IMG/VR virus record: IMGVR_UViG_3300032373_001188
Location: 1-25,254 of that record
Reading direction: 5' to 3' (one strand)
DNA from: a virus
Lineage: Duplodnaviria > Caudoviricetes
DNA: 25,254 nucleotides
Under the pieces are notes generated by a model. The model was not told the origin of the DNA, searched no databases, and saw nothing but the letters and a program-made list of their open reading frames with translations. The position numbers were made by a program, and so were the translations under genes. Position 1 is the stretch's first letter. Each line of letters opens with the position of its first letter. This document shows positions 8,513-16,558 of the stretch, in pieces.

Positions 8513-9193
8513 ATGAAGTCATCCTATGAAGCAGTAGATGAACAACAATGGGTTTGGCTTAGAGGCGACTTTAAGGAGCATGTTGCCACGGTCAGGAGGT
8601 ATGCAGATGGGGTTGAAACGATGACCTGGACCAAACCTGGGTCATCAATTAGCGCTATGTATTTCTGCCTTTTTAACGGGATGCTTTCGGTTACAGGTGA
8701 TCTAGGTGAAGCGGTGATCGAAAACCGGGGTGATGGTGTTGAAGGTTGGGGGTCTTTGAATGATTTTTCTTATTACTTCATGCAGAAAATCAGAGCAACC
8801 AGCGAAGGTAAACCTGCGAACAGGAAATCTCTGTGCACATTTGAGCAAAGCGGTGCTATCCAAGCATTTAAAGATAATGTGATGCTTTTCATGAATGATG
8901 AACCCACTGAAGCTAAATCAGCAATGAAATCTCATATCGAGGATGATCTTTTTGAAGCTTTTCCTGACTGCCGGGATGGTGATGATTTCACTCAAACTGT
9001 CTTCCGGGAGAATTCGAATTTTTGTAGAATAGGCGGGTCACCCGCTGATGACCTCCAAGAGGCCTTACTGGAGGGAGTGGTGGTGATTCAAACAGGACCG
9101 GTAAGCATTCGGATTAAGGCCATATGGCTGGCCTTGCAGATGGCATATAAACAGCTGCACGAGGTTAGTCTATTGGGTACAGAAGGGAAGTGA
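8513..9193 (+). CDS. Hypothetical phage protein
   Basis: AGAGGG RBS before ATG 8513; F.EH.A...W.KPGSS...L.VTGDLGEAV resembles a recurring phage protein family; function unknown. Confidence 0.7.
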   Translation: MKSSYEAVDEQQWVWLRGDFKEHVATVRRYADGVETMTWTKPGSSISAMYFCLFNGMLSVTGDLGEAVIENRGDGVEGWGSLNDFSYYFMQKIRATSEGKPANRKSLCTFEQSGAIQAFKDNVMLFMNDEPTEAKSAMKSHIEDDLFEAFPDCRDGDDFTQTVFRENSNFCRIGGSPADDLQEALLEGVVVIQTGPVSIRIKAIWLALQMAYKQLHEVSLLGTEGK

Positions 9194-9200
9194 GAGGTCT

Positions 9201-9228
9201 ACCCCTAGCCCAGGGATGGGTTAGGGGT
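9201..9228. terminator. 12-bp stem-loop between convergent genes (terminator-like or REP-like)
   Basis: ACCCCTAGCCCA-GGGA-TGGGTTAGGGGT (one G-U pair); no strong U-tract on either side. Confidence 0.6.
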
Positions 9229-9234
9229 GTGTAT

Positions 9235-9657
9235 CTAGCTGTCTGTTTTTGTATCGGTTACTGATGCATGATCAGAGCAACCGTCTATTTTTTTGATTGG
9301 GACTCTAACTGCATTGTCATAACTCCACATGGTGCCTGTTGCTGCATCAAGAATAAAGCCCCATCCACCATTAAAAATATTCAGCCAATAAGTACCTGAA
9401 ACACTCCGTTGAACCTGAACGGGCCGTTGTTCGAAGCATTTTTCTGAAACCTGGACAGAGACCTCTTTCCATCCAGGGCTGACGTCAATCGTGGTTGGTA
9501 ATTTTGCGGAAAAATAGGTTCCACTTTGCCGGACCTCCACGGAAATCCCATCTCCATCTGGGCTATCTGGCCGCAGAGAAATGGGTTGAGAGCCGGAGTT
9601 AAACATTGTTGAGCAGCCAGACAAGGCAAGGATTGCGACGGCGATAAGTATCTTCAT
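9235..9657 (-). CDS. Lipoprotein moron (PEGA-like beta region)
   Basis: Signal peptide MKILIAVAILALSGC with lipobox LSGC; GC.T...G..Q and YWLNI...G...D..TG.M patterns; only convincing reverse-strand gene. Confidence 0.85.
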   Translation of the reverse strand: MKILIAVAILALSGCSTMFNSGSQPISLRPDSPDGDGISVEVRQSGTYFSAKLPTTIDVSPGWKEVSVQVSEKCFEQRPVQVQRSVSGTYWLNIFNGGWGFILDAATGTMWSYDNAVRVPIKKIDGCSDHASVTDTKTDS

Positions 9658-9677
9658 GAAGCTCTTTTCTGAAAAAA

Positions 9678-9706
9678 AATATATAGAAATAGCCCACTAG
9701 GGGCAA
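9678..9706 (-). promoter_or_regulatory. Putative sigma70 promoter of the lipoprotein moron
   Basis: On the minus strand, TTGCCC-17 nt-TATATT, ending 20 nt upstream of the ATG at 9657. Confidence 0.4.
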
Positions 9707-9864
9707 AAATTGATTTGTTTGTCCTTAAATATCAAGTGTCCTGCAAAAAGACAACATCATAAAAAATCCCCAGAAGTCAGTAACCAAGGTTACAAGCTGC
9801 TAAATCACCAATCCTGTTTCGGTCAAGTTTTCAGGTAATGATTATACCCATTGTTCCTACCCCC

Positions 9865-9905
9865 GACCCTAGGGTCTTCTATTTGTTATTATTTAATCTT
9901 ATATT
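9865..9905 (+). promoter_or_regulatory. Putative activator-dependent late promoter
   Basis: Perfect 12-bp palindrome GACCCTAGGGTC (9865-9876), an AT-rich tract, then -10-like TATATT (9900-9905); no good -35; directly upstream of the late operon. Confidence 0.5.
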
Positions 9906-9961
9906 CAAATCTACTCTTAAGGATAATCAAAATCTAGCTTTTAATTGAACGGAGATCCAAG

Positions 9962-10267
9962 ATGCAAGATTCCCTGCAACAAATTTTATCAAACCCAGAA
10001 ATTGTCTCTGTTTTGATCGACGTCGGGCTGTTTGCCTTGGTCGCCGTTTTTCCCGCCTCAGCCGGGGCAGTGATGACGCTACGCAAAGTCAAGCGGGCTG
10101 CTCTCACCCGGAGCTATCACACTGTCTTGGCTGAGGTGGCACCTTTGTTTGATCAACTGCCGATTGCCAACCAAGAGATCAAAAAGTTGGCGGCTCAGAT
10201 GGGGCATGATGCGGTTGAGCAGGCGTTGACTCGCCTCGAAGAAAAAAGAGGGGATCATGTTGTCTAA
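9962..10267 (+). CDS. Membrane protein, candidate holin
   Basis: GGAG RBS; hydrophobic IVSVLIDVGLFALVAVFPASAGAV followed by a basic patch; first gene of the late operon. Confidence 0.6.
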   Translation: MQDSLQQILSNPEIVSVLIDVGLFALVAVFPASAGAVMTLRKVKRAALTRSYHTVLAEVAPLFDQLPIANQEIKKLAAQMGHDAVEQALTRLEEKRGDHVV

Positions 10268-10640
10268 GGTATTGAAGGGTATCGCTTCAGGGTTGCTGTT
10301 CTTGTTTTTGGTGTTGATCGCTGTGTTGCTTTGCAGCAGCACGGCCACTGCGGCAAACACAGCCCCGTCTACGCTTGATTCAAGCTGGCTTGCCATATTT
10401 TTTGGGGTTGGCGGTTCTATCCTTGGTGTTGCTGTGACTTACGGCGCACTGAAGGGGCGGGTTGGGGAGCATGGTCGGCGGCTTGATGGGCATGATCAGG
10501 CCATTGAAGGGCTAGAAAAAGAGATTGATGACAAGATTGGGACGATTCAAGGGGACATCAAAGATTTGCAGAAGCAAATCAGTGATATTCCCCAAAAAAC
10601 AGCTGAATTGATAGGCAGCCTCTCCAAGCTACGAGGATAA
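10257..10640 (+). CDS. Two-TM plus coiled-coil protein (holin-like or DUF2730-like)
   Basis: Two hydrophobic segments then a heptad-like C-terminus; occupies the position just before DUF1804. Confidence 0.65.
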   Translation: MLSKVLKGIASGLLFLFLVLIAVLLCSSTATAANTAPSTLDSSWLAIFFGVGGSILGVAVTYGALKGRVGEHGRRLDGHDQAIEGLEKEIDDKIGTIQGDIKDLQKQISDIPQKTAELIGSLSKLRG

Positions 10641-10641
10641 C

Positions 10642-11169
10642 ATGGCCAAGGGCTCATCCACCAAAGCACAGGCCGCCAAAGCCAACGCCAGGCGTTTGTT
10701 TGTGGACGAAGGGATCACCATTGCTTTGATCGCCGAACAACTAGGCAAGAGTGAGTCCAGTATCCGTAAATACAAGGCGGCGGACGAAAAGGCCGGGGTG
10801 AGTTGGGATAAGGCTAGAGTGGCGAAAATCGCCAGCACAACGGGGTCGGATGATATGTTTCGGGCCTGCGTGGTTGGGATTGTGGATTCGATCAGCACGA
10901 CACTGGAGTCAATCAAAGCCGACGTTGAGCTCAAGCCAGCGGCCAAGGCAAGCCTGTTGGCTGGGTTGGCGGATAGTTTACGAAAAACGATCAGCAGCGC
11001 CAAGGCATACAGCCCAGACGTGGCCCTCGAAGTGGTGGCTGGCGAGGTGTTAGAAATTGTCGCTACTGAGTTGACCAAGCGCAATCCAGAAGCGGCGCAG
11101 GTGATGGTTGAGTCTTTGGATCAGATCAAGGCGGAAATCTTCAAGCGGCAGAAGTCATGGCAAAACTAG
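10642..11169 (+). CDS. DUF1804 family, probable terminase small subunit
   Basis: GAGGA RBS; ARRLFV..G.T...IA..LG.S.S.I..YK...G.SWDKAR HTH; LAGLADSL.K; overlaps TerL. Confidence 0.85.
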   Translation: MAKGSSTKAQAAKANARRLFVDEGITIALIAEQLGKSESSIRKYKAADEKAGVSWDKARVAKIASTTGSDDMFRACVVGIVDSISTTLESIKADVELKPAAKASLLAGLADSLRKTISSAKAYSPDVALEVVAGEVLEIVATELTKRNPEAAQVMVESLDQIKAEIFKRQKSWQN

Positions 11170-12776
11170 ACAAACGAGCGTTAAGCGAACGGCTGGCTGA
11201 GCTGAAGGTTAGCCTGATGCTGGAGATCGAGCGGGCAGCAACCCCGCTCGATGCCGTCAATGCCGATAGCCGTAGGGCTGCAGCCAGAGCGAGTTTTCAG
11301 TCTTTTTTGGAGACTTATTTGCCTCATTACTTTGCGGGCAAACGGGACTACAGCTCGATGCACAAGGACTTCTTCGGTGATGCGGACTTGATGTTTGCTG
11401 GCGACAAGGGCGCTGGGCTCAGGTTGGTGCGATCGGCACCGAGAGGTAACGCAAAAACCACCATCGCCAAGGGGATTGCGCTGTATGCGCTGGTGTTTGG
11501 GTTGCGCAAGTTTGTGATCTTGATTTCTGATGCGCTTGATCAGGCGGTTGAGAATTTGGAAGCGATCAAGATTGAATTGGAAGGCAACGGTCGTCTGAAG
11601 GCGGACTTCCCAGACGTGTGTGGGGCCGGGCCGGTATGGAACCAGGGGACAGCGGTCACCAATCTTGGTGGTAAGATCAAGGCTTATGGCAGCGGGAAGC
11701 GACTGCGTGGGGTGACCCATGGAGTCCACCGGCCAGATCTGGTGATCGTGGACGACTTGGAGAACGACGAGAACGTTGGTAATCCAGGTCAGCGGAAAAA
11801 AGGGGAAAACTGGATGTTGAAGTCTGTTGTGCCTTTAGGCCCTCCAGACGGCTCGATGGATTTATTGATGCTCGGTACTGTGCTGCATTACGACGCTGTG
11901 CTTGTGCGCTTGGCTAAGAACCCAGGGTTTGCAGCCCGGACATACAGGGCGATCTTGACCATGCCCGCTCGAATGGACCTCTGGGACGAGTATGAGCGTT
12001 TGTATCACACCCAAGGGTTGGCCGAAGCGGTTGAGTTTTACATCGACAGCCGAGAAGAAATGGACCGAGGGGCTCAAGTTTTATGGCCTCAGGTTCAGGC
12101 CCTGCGTTGGTTGATGACTAAGCGAGCGGAGCACAAGGCGGCGTTTAGCAGTGAGTACCAGAACAACCCCATTGACGAGTCGGAGCGGATCTTTGACAAG
12201 CTGTATTACTACGAGCAGCTGCCTCCGCATTTGGTTTATTTTGGGGCGGTTGATCCATCCATGGGCAAGGAGAGCCGAAGTGCGGACCCTTCGGCGATCA
12301 TTGTGGTGGGGAAGGATCCGGTGACCGGTTGGGTTTATGTGGTTGTGGCGGATATATCGAAGCTGAAGCCCTCGGCGATCATTGAGCGAGTGATTGAGTT
12401 ACAGGTTAGGTATCGCTGCCAGTTGTGGGTGGTTGAAATCAACCAGTTTCAGGAATTTTTTAAGGACACGTTGGTAGAAAAATCAGCTGAGCAAGGGGTT
12501 CCGGTGCCAGCCAGAGGGGTTCGGTCTGCGACAGACAAAGGGCTTCGGATTGAGTCAATACAGCCGCACACAAACAACGGCGTGATTTTGTTTAGTCGCA
12601 ACCAGCAGGCCTTGATCGATCAACTGACCTTTTACCCAAAGGCAGACCACGATGATGGCCCTGATGCGCTGCAAATGGTTTTTGCACAGGCACACACCAG
12701 GTTCAGCGCAGGGGTTGGAGTGTTGGTTGCGCCCTCTGGGGCGGGTGTTCAACGTGTTGATTGCGGGGAGTTTTAA
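11157..12776 (+). CDS. terL: Terminase large subunit (Mu gp28-like)
   Basis: Walker A SAPRGNAKTT, RPDLVIVDDLEND, LGTVLHYD, FSSEYQNNP; nuclease motifs GAVDPSMG, DPSAI and HDDGPDAL. Confidence 0.95.
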   Translation: MAKLDKRALSERLAELKVSLMLEIERAATPLDAVNADSRRAAARASFQSFLETYLPHYFAGKRDYSSMHKDFFGDADLMFAGDKGAGLRLVRSAPRGNAKTTIAKGIALYALVFGLRKFVILISDALDQAVENLEAIKIELEGNGRLKADFPDVCGAGPVWNQGTAVTNLGGKIKAYGSGKRLRGVTHGVHRPDLVIVDDLENDENVGNPGQRKKGENWMLKSVVPLGPPDGSMDLLMLGTVLHYDAVLVRLAKNPGFAARTYRAILTMPARMDLWDEYERLYHTQGLAEAVEFYIDSREEMDRGAQVLWPQVQALRWLMTKRAEHKAAFSSEYQNNPIDESERIFDKLYYYEQLPPHLVYFGAVDPSMGKESRSADPSAIIVVGKDPVTGWVYVVVADISKLKPSAIIERVIELQVRYRCQLWVVEINQFQEFFKDTLVEKSAEQGVPVPARGVRSATDKGLRIESIQPHTNNGVILFSRNQQALIDQLTFYPKADHDDGPDALQMVFAQAHTRFSAGVGVLVAPSGAGVQRVDCGEF

Positions 12777-14282
12777 GTGGGTAAGAAAGGCAAAAAAGGA
12801 AAAAAGCAAGCAGGGACACTGACGGGGCCAAGTCTAGCGACGAACCGACCAGACGCTTGGCTCGATGGTGTGCTTGATATGCTTCCTGATCCTGATCCGG
12901 TGCTGGCGAGGCTGTCAGACGGTGGCGAGGCGATGCTTTCATCAGCGGCGGCAGACGGGATCGTTTTCAGCTTGATTCAGACCCGAAAATCGGCGGTTTT
13001 GAGCCGGGAATTTCGGATCGTGGCTGGTGAGACTGGCGATGAGGCGAGTCCAGCAAGTGAAAAATTGGCTGCTGACTTCAAAGCAGACTTGGCATCTTTG
13101 GACCTGTACGGGCTCATTGGGCAGATATTAGGGGCGGCACTCTGGGGTTTTGTCCCCATAGAGCTGTGCTGGCGTGCGGAAGGGTTGAGCTTACGTCTGG
13201 ATAAGGTGCAGGCGTTGGAGCGAAGTTGGTTTGGGTTTGAATCCGACGGGTCATTGATGTTTCGCCAACAAGGCGGAGTGCCTGTACCGGTGGTAAACAA
13301 CAAGGTTGTGCTGGCCCGGGTTGGGGAGACGCTTTCCAATCCATACGGCGAACGGGCTTTGACTCGTTGTCTGTGGCCGGTCGCCTTCAAGAAGGGCGGT
13401 CTGAAGGCTTGGGTGAAGCTCGCCGAAGACATGAACCTGCCGTTGATGATTGGCAAGTATCAATCAGGCACCCCTGAATCGGAGCAGGTATCTTTACTCA
13501 GCGCCCTCTCAGCGGCCCGTGTTTCTGGGACAGCGGTGGTCGATCAAGGGGTTGAGGTTGATGTGGTGACCACGTCATCCAAGGGTAGCGGGGCTGGAGT
13601 GCATGAAGGCTTGGTTGATAAAATGGACAAGGTGCTCGCCCGGGTGATTACCGGCCAGACCCTAACCCACGATATCGGGCAAAGCGGCAGCAGAGCGGCG
13701 TCAGAGACCCATCTGCAGGTGATGGGCAGCATCCAGCAGGCGGATATGGCCCTGGTTCGCAACACCTTTGCTGAGATCGCCCGGACCTATCGGGACTTGA
13801 ACGACAAGTCCGCTGAGCCTCCAAAGCTGGTTTGGTTTGAGGAAGAAGACCCACAGGCGGAATGGGCCAACCGGGATGAGACTTTGAGTAAGCTAGGTGT
13901 TCGGTTCACCAAAGGCTACTTAATGGACAGATACGGCTTTTCTGAGGGTGATCTCGATGTAGTTGAGCCACCGCAACAAAAAACCGGTTCAGGGCCGGTT
14001 GAATCGTCAAATTCGGGGGATTTCTCGGAGCAAGGGGACTTGATCGGTGAGTTAGCTGGAGATTTACAGCCTATCGCCAGATGGGCGATGAGCGAAGCGG
14101 AGCGTGAGGAGGCGGATTTATTGGGGATGCTGGGGGAAGAGATCACATCGGCAAAGAATTTTGAAGAGCTTGGGGCAGCTTTGGATAGCTTAGCTGAAGC
14201 CGGCCCGGCAGAACCTTTGGCAATCGCCCTCGCAGCGGGACGGGTTTTAGGCCGGGGAGAGGCGAAAAATGGCCAAGGCTAG
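12777..14282 (+). CDS. Portal protein (Mu gp29 / DUF935)
   Basis: GTG start after GGGGAG; LPDPDPVL, RKSAV, NPYG..L..CLWPV.FK..G...W, P...GKY, GQTLT, GSRAASETH, GVRFT..Y....YG motifs. Confidence 0.92.
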   Translation: MGKKGKKGKKQAGTLTGPSLATNRPDAWLDGVLDMLPDPDPVLARLSDGGEAMLSSAAADGIVFSLIQTRKSAVLSREFRIVAGETGDEASPASEKLAADFKADLASLDLYGLIGQILGAALWGFVPIELCWRAEGLSLRLDKVQALERSWFGFESDGSLMFRQQGGVPVPVVNNKVVLARVGETLSNPYGERALTRCLWPVAFKKGGLKAWVKLAEDMNLPLMIGKYQSGTPESEQVSLLSALSAARVSGTAVVDQGVEVDVVTTSSKGSGAGVHEGLVDKMDKVLARVITGQTLTHDIGQSGSRAASETHLQVMGSIQQADMALVRNTFAEIARTYRDLNDKSAEPPKLVWFEEEDPQAEWANRDETLSKLGVRFTKGYLMDRYGFSEGDLDVVEPPQQKTGSGPVESSNSGDFSEQGDLIGELAGDLQPIARWAMSEAEREEADLLGMLGEEITSAKNFEELGAALDSLAEAGPAEPLAIALAAGRVLGRGEAKNGQG

Positions 14283-15366
14283 CGGGACCGGCGCACCACC
14301 CGCTGTGGTTGAGGCTTTGCTGGGTAAGGTGCCTCTGACGTCCGAAGGGTTTGTTGATCTAGCCACAGTGGACTATCAGGCCACGGCGGCGGCGTTTACG
14401 GCCTCTGGGCTCAGCAGTTTGAGTTTAGTGGCTCGGTTGCAAAAAGACCTGGCAACAGCGATCAGCGAGGGGCAGAGCCTAGGTAGTTTTAAGGCCCAGG
14501 TATCAACAAAGCTCAAGGAGGCTTTGTCAGACAATAGGCTTGAGTTGATCTACAGGATCAACGTGCACCAAGCGTACATGGCAGGGCGGTGGGAAGGGAT
14601 CAACGAGTCGAAGGACGACTACCCCTACTTGCAGTATGACGCTCTGGACGATGGCCGGTCTCGACCGGCGCACCAAGCGTTGGACGGGGTTGTGTATCCA
14701 GTTGATAGCCCCTTTTGGTCAGGTCATTACCCACCGAACGGGTTTCGGTGTCGGTGTAACGTGCGGCAGGTTTCCAGGGAATCGCTGGACCGAAAGGGAT
14801 TAAAGGTGAGTCAGGCCAAACCGAAAAATCAGCCGGCTCCTGACCCTGGGTGGAACGGGAATCAGGCGAAGGACCAGGTGGCTTATTTGTCGGGTTTGGA
14901 AGCCAAGAAGCTGGGGTCTGTGTCGGCGGGTTTTGCTCGTCGGTATATTTTGGGTAAGAACAGACGAGATCCGAGTTTTCAGCACTTCACTTTAGGTAAG
15001 GGTTTGCCTCATGAGATACGGCCCATCGGAGTGATTGATTCGGCAGTTGCGGCAGAGCTTGGCTCTGAAACCCAAGTGGTTTATTTGAAAGCCGAAGTGG
15101 CGGCGAAGCAGTGGCGGAATCATCCAGAGATAGGGCCAGACGCCTATTTGGGTCCGTTGGGTAAGACGTTAAAAACAAGCCCGGACCTTATTGTTAATGC
15201 AGAGGAAGGCAAGCAGTATTTTTACCGTGTTAGGGGGGATAAAAAGAAATTGTGGAAGGCTGTTGTGAGGAAAGACCAAGGCCGGCTGCTGCTGGTCAGT
15301 TATCACAAAGTGAACTTGAGAGACCTTTCCGCAGCGGTCAAAAAAACACTACGGAAAGGCGAGTAG
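14269..15366 (+). CDS. MuF (gp30) minor head protein with C-terminal PBECR-like nuclease domain
   Basis: MuF motifs RLELIYRIN..QAY.AGRW, YLQY.A..DGR.RPAH, FW..HYPPNGFRCRC, PDPGW..N. C-terminal ~115 aa contains PIGV, KQ...HPEI...Y, AVV and LLVSYH. Confidence 0.88.
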   Translation: MAKASGTGAPPAVVEALLGKVPLTSEGFVDLATVDYQATAAAFTASGLSSLSLVARLQKDLATAISEGQSLGSFKAQVSTKLKEALSDNRLELIYRINVHQAYMAGRWEGINESKDDYPYLQYDALDDGRSRPAHQALDGVVYPVDSPFWSGHYPPNGFRCRCNVRQVSRESLDRKGLKVSQAKPKNQPAPDPGWNGNQAKDQVAYLSGLEAKKLGSVSAGFARRYILGKNRRDPSFQHFTLGKGLPHEIRPIGVIDSAVAAELGSETQVVYLKAEVAAKQWRNHPEIGPDAYLGPLGKTLKTSPDLIVNAEEGKQYFYRVRGDKKKLWKAVVRKDQGRLLLVSYHKVNLRDLSAAVKKTLRKGE

Positions 15367-15427
15367 GTGCCAGGCGGGGCTAGTCTCACCCGCACGGGGT
15401 AGCTTTTTAACGAGTTCTTCAGCACCT
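15365..15427 (+). ncRNA. Candidate structured RNA element immediately after the muF stop
   Basis: AGGTGC(15365-70)/GCACCT(15422-27) closing stem; GCGGG(15374-78)/CCCGC(15389-93) hairpin; weak third stem 15396-15420 or a GCTA/TAGC pseudoknot. Confidence 0.35.
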
Positions 15428-15465
15428 GAGGCCATTATAAACGAACGACCCATGGAGTCAAGCAG

Positions 15466-16530
15466 ATGAACTGGATGCAGCTTTTTCGAACGGGGACACA
15501 CACCGATGCTAGCGGAAAAAAACGGGTTTGGTCTAAGCAAGATCTAGAAACAATCGCCAGCAAATACAACGAAGGCAAGCACGAAGCACCGCTTGTTGTT
15601 GGGCACCCGAAGGACAACGACCCGGCTTACGGTTGGATCAAGGCGCTGCGAGTGGCCGGTGAGGTGCTCGAAGGGCTGCCGAGGCAAGTCAACGCAGCCT
15701 TTGGCGAACTGGTCAATCAGGGGGCCTACAAAAAACGCTCGATCAGTCTGTACCCAGACATGACCTTGCGGCATGTGGGTTTTTTAGGGGCCATGCCGCC
15801 CGCCGTTAAAGGGCTCAAGGACGTATCTTTTAGTGATCAACACGGTGCAGGGGAAGCGTTGGTCTTTGATTTCAGTGACCCTGAGGACAATACAAACAAC
15901 AACGATAATAGCAAGGGAGAAGACAACATGAAGCGATACTTGTTACTCGCAAACGGGAAAGTGTTTGACCAAGAAAAAGGCAAGCTCGTTGAAGACGGCG
16001 ACGCCGAATACGAAGCTTGGATCAAAGACGGCAACGAGCCGGAAGGGGACGAAGACGATAAGGAGCCAGCCGGCGACCACAGTGAGCCTGGACCTGAACC
16101 AAAAGCCTTGGTTTGGAAGAAGACGGGACAAAAAGGCCAATCGTCAAGCGGGCCTGCTTCGGACCATTCAGGGCCAACGGCACGTGAGATCGAGTTGACC
16201 CGAAGGTTGGACTTCGTTGAAGCCAAAGCACGGAAAGACAAAGCAGATTCAATTGTGGAAAGGCTGGTGTCTAACGGACAGCTCACTGGGGATCAGTCCA
16301 GAGGGTTGGCTGAATACATGGCCAGCACAGAGGCAGAGGGCACGGTGCTTGAGTTTGCTGATGGCAGCAAAAAGCCAGGTGCCAACTTCTTGAGCGAGTT
16401 TCTGTCAAAACTGCCGAAGCAAGGGCACTTGGACCCACTTGGCCCCGGGGCGGTTGCAGAATTCGCAGAAGACGACAAGACAGCAAACTCGATCGCAGAG
16501 GCCAGCGGATTTGGCCCCCAAAAATCGTAG
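15466..16530 (+). CDS. Prohead protease I with C-terminal scaffold region
   Basis: GGAG RBS; FRTGTHTD, HEAPLVVGHPK...PAYGW, YKKRSISLY, LRHVGFLGA.PPAVKGL motifs. Confidence 0.9.
   Translation: MNWMQLFRTGTHTDASGKKRVWSKQDLETIASKYNEGKHEAPLVVGHPKDNDPAYGWIKALRVAGEVLEGLPRQVNAAFGELVNQGAYKKRSISLYPDMTLRHVGFLGAMPPAVKGLKDVSFSDQHGAGEALVFDFSDPEDNTNNNDNSKGEDNMKRYLLLANGKVFDQEKGKLVEDGDAEYEAWIKDGNEPEGDEDDKEPAGDHSEPGPEPKALVWKKTGQKGQSSSGPASDHSGPTAREIELTRRLDFVEAKARKDKADSIVERLVSNGQLTGDQSRGLAEYMASTEAEGTVLEFADGSKKPGANFLSEFLSKLPKQGHLDPLGPGAVAEFAEDDKTANSIAEASGFGPQKS
15928..16530 (+). CDS. Probable scaffold protein from an in-frame internal start (Mu Z-like)
   Basis: AAGGGAGA RBS at 15913-15920, then in-frame ATG 15928 after an A-rich linker. 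Confidence 0.6.
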   Translation: MKRYLLLANGKVFDQEKGKLVEDGDAEYEAWIKDGNEPEGDEDDKEPAGDHSEPGPEPKALVWKKTGQKGQSSSGPASDHSGPTAREIELTRRLDFVEAKARKDKADSIVERLVSNGQLTGDQSRGLAEYMASTEAEGTVLEFADGSKKPGANFLSEFLSKLPKQGHLDPLGPGAVAEFAEDDKTANSIAEASGFGPQKS

Positions 16531-16558
16531 TCTTTTTAAACTTTAAACAGGAGGCCAG

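Noticed and set aside
9235-9657. o-spanin (Rz1)
   Set aside because: Opposite strand to the late operon, no overlapping i-spanin, and not Pro-rich.
15888-15912. AAC-rich microrepeat
   Set aside because: Short and imperfect; explained by an Asn-rich linker and an unstructured leader for the internal start.
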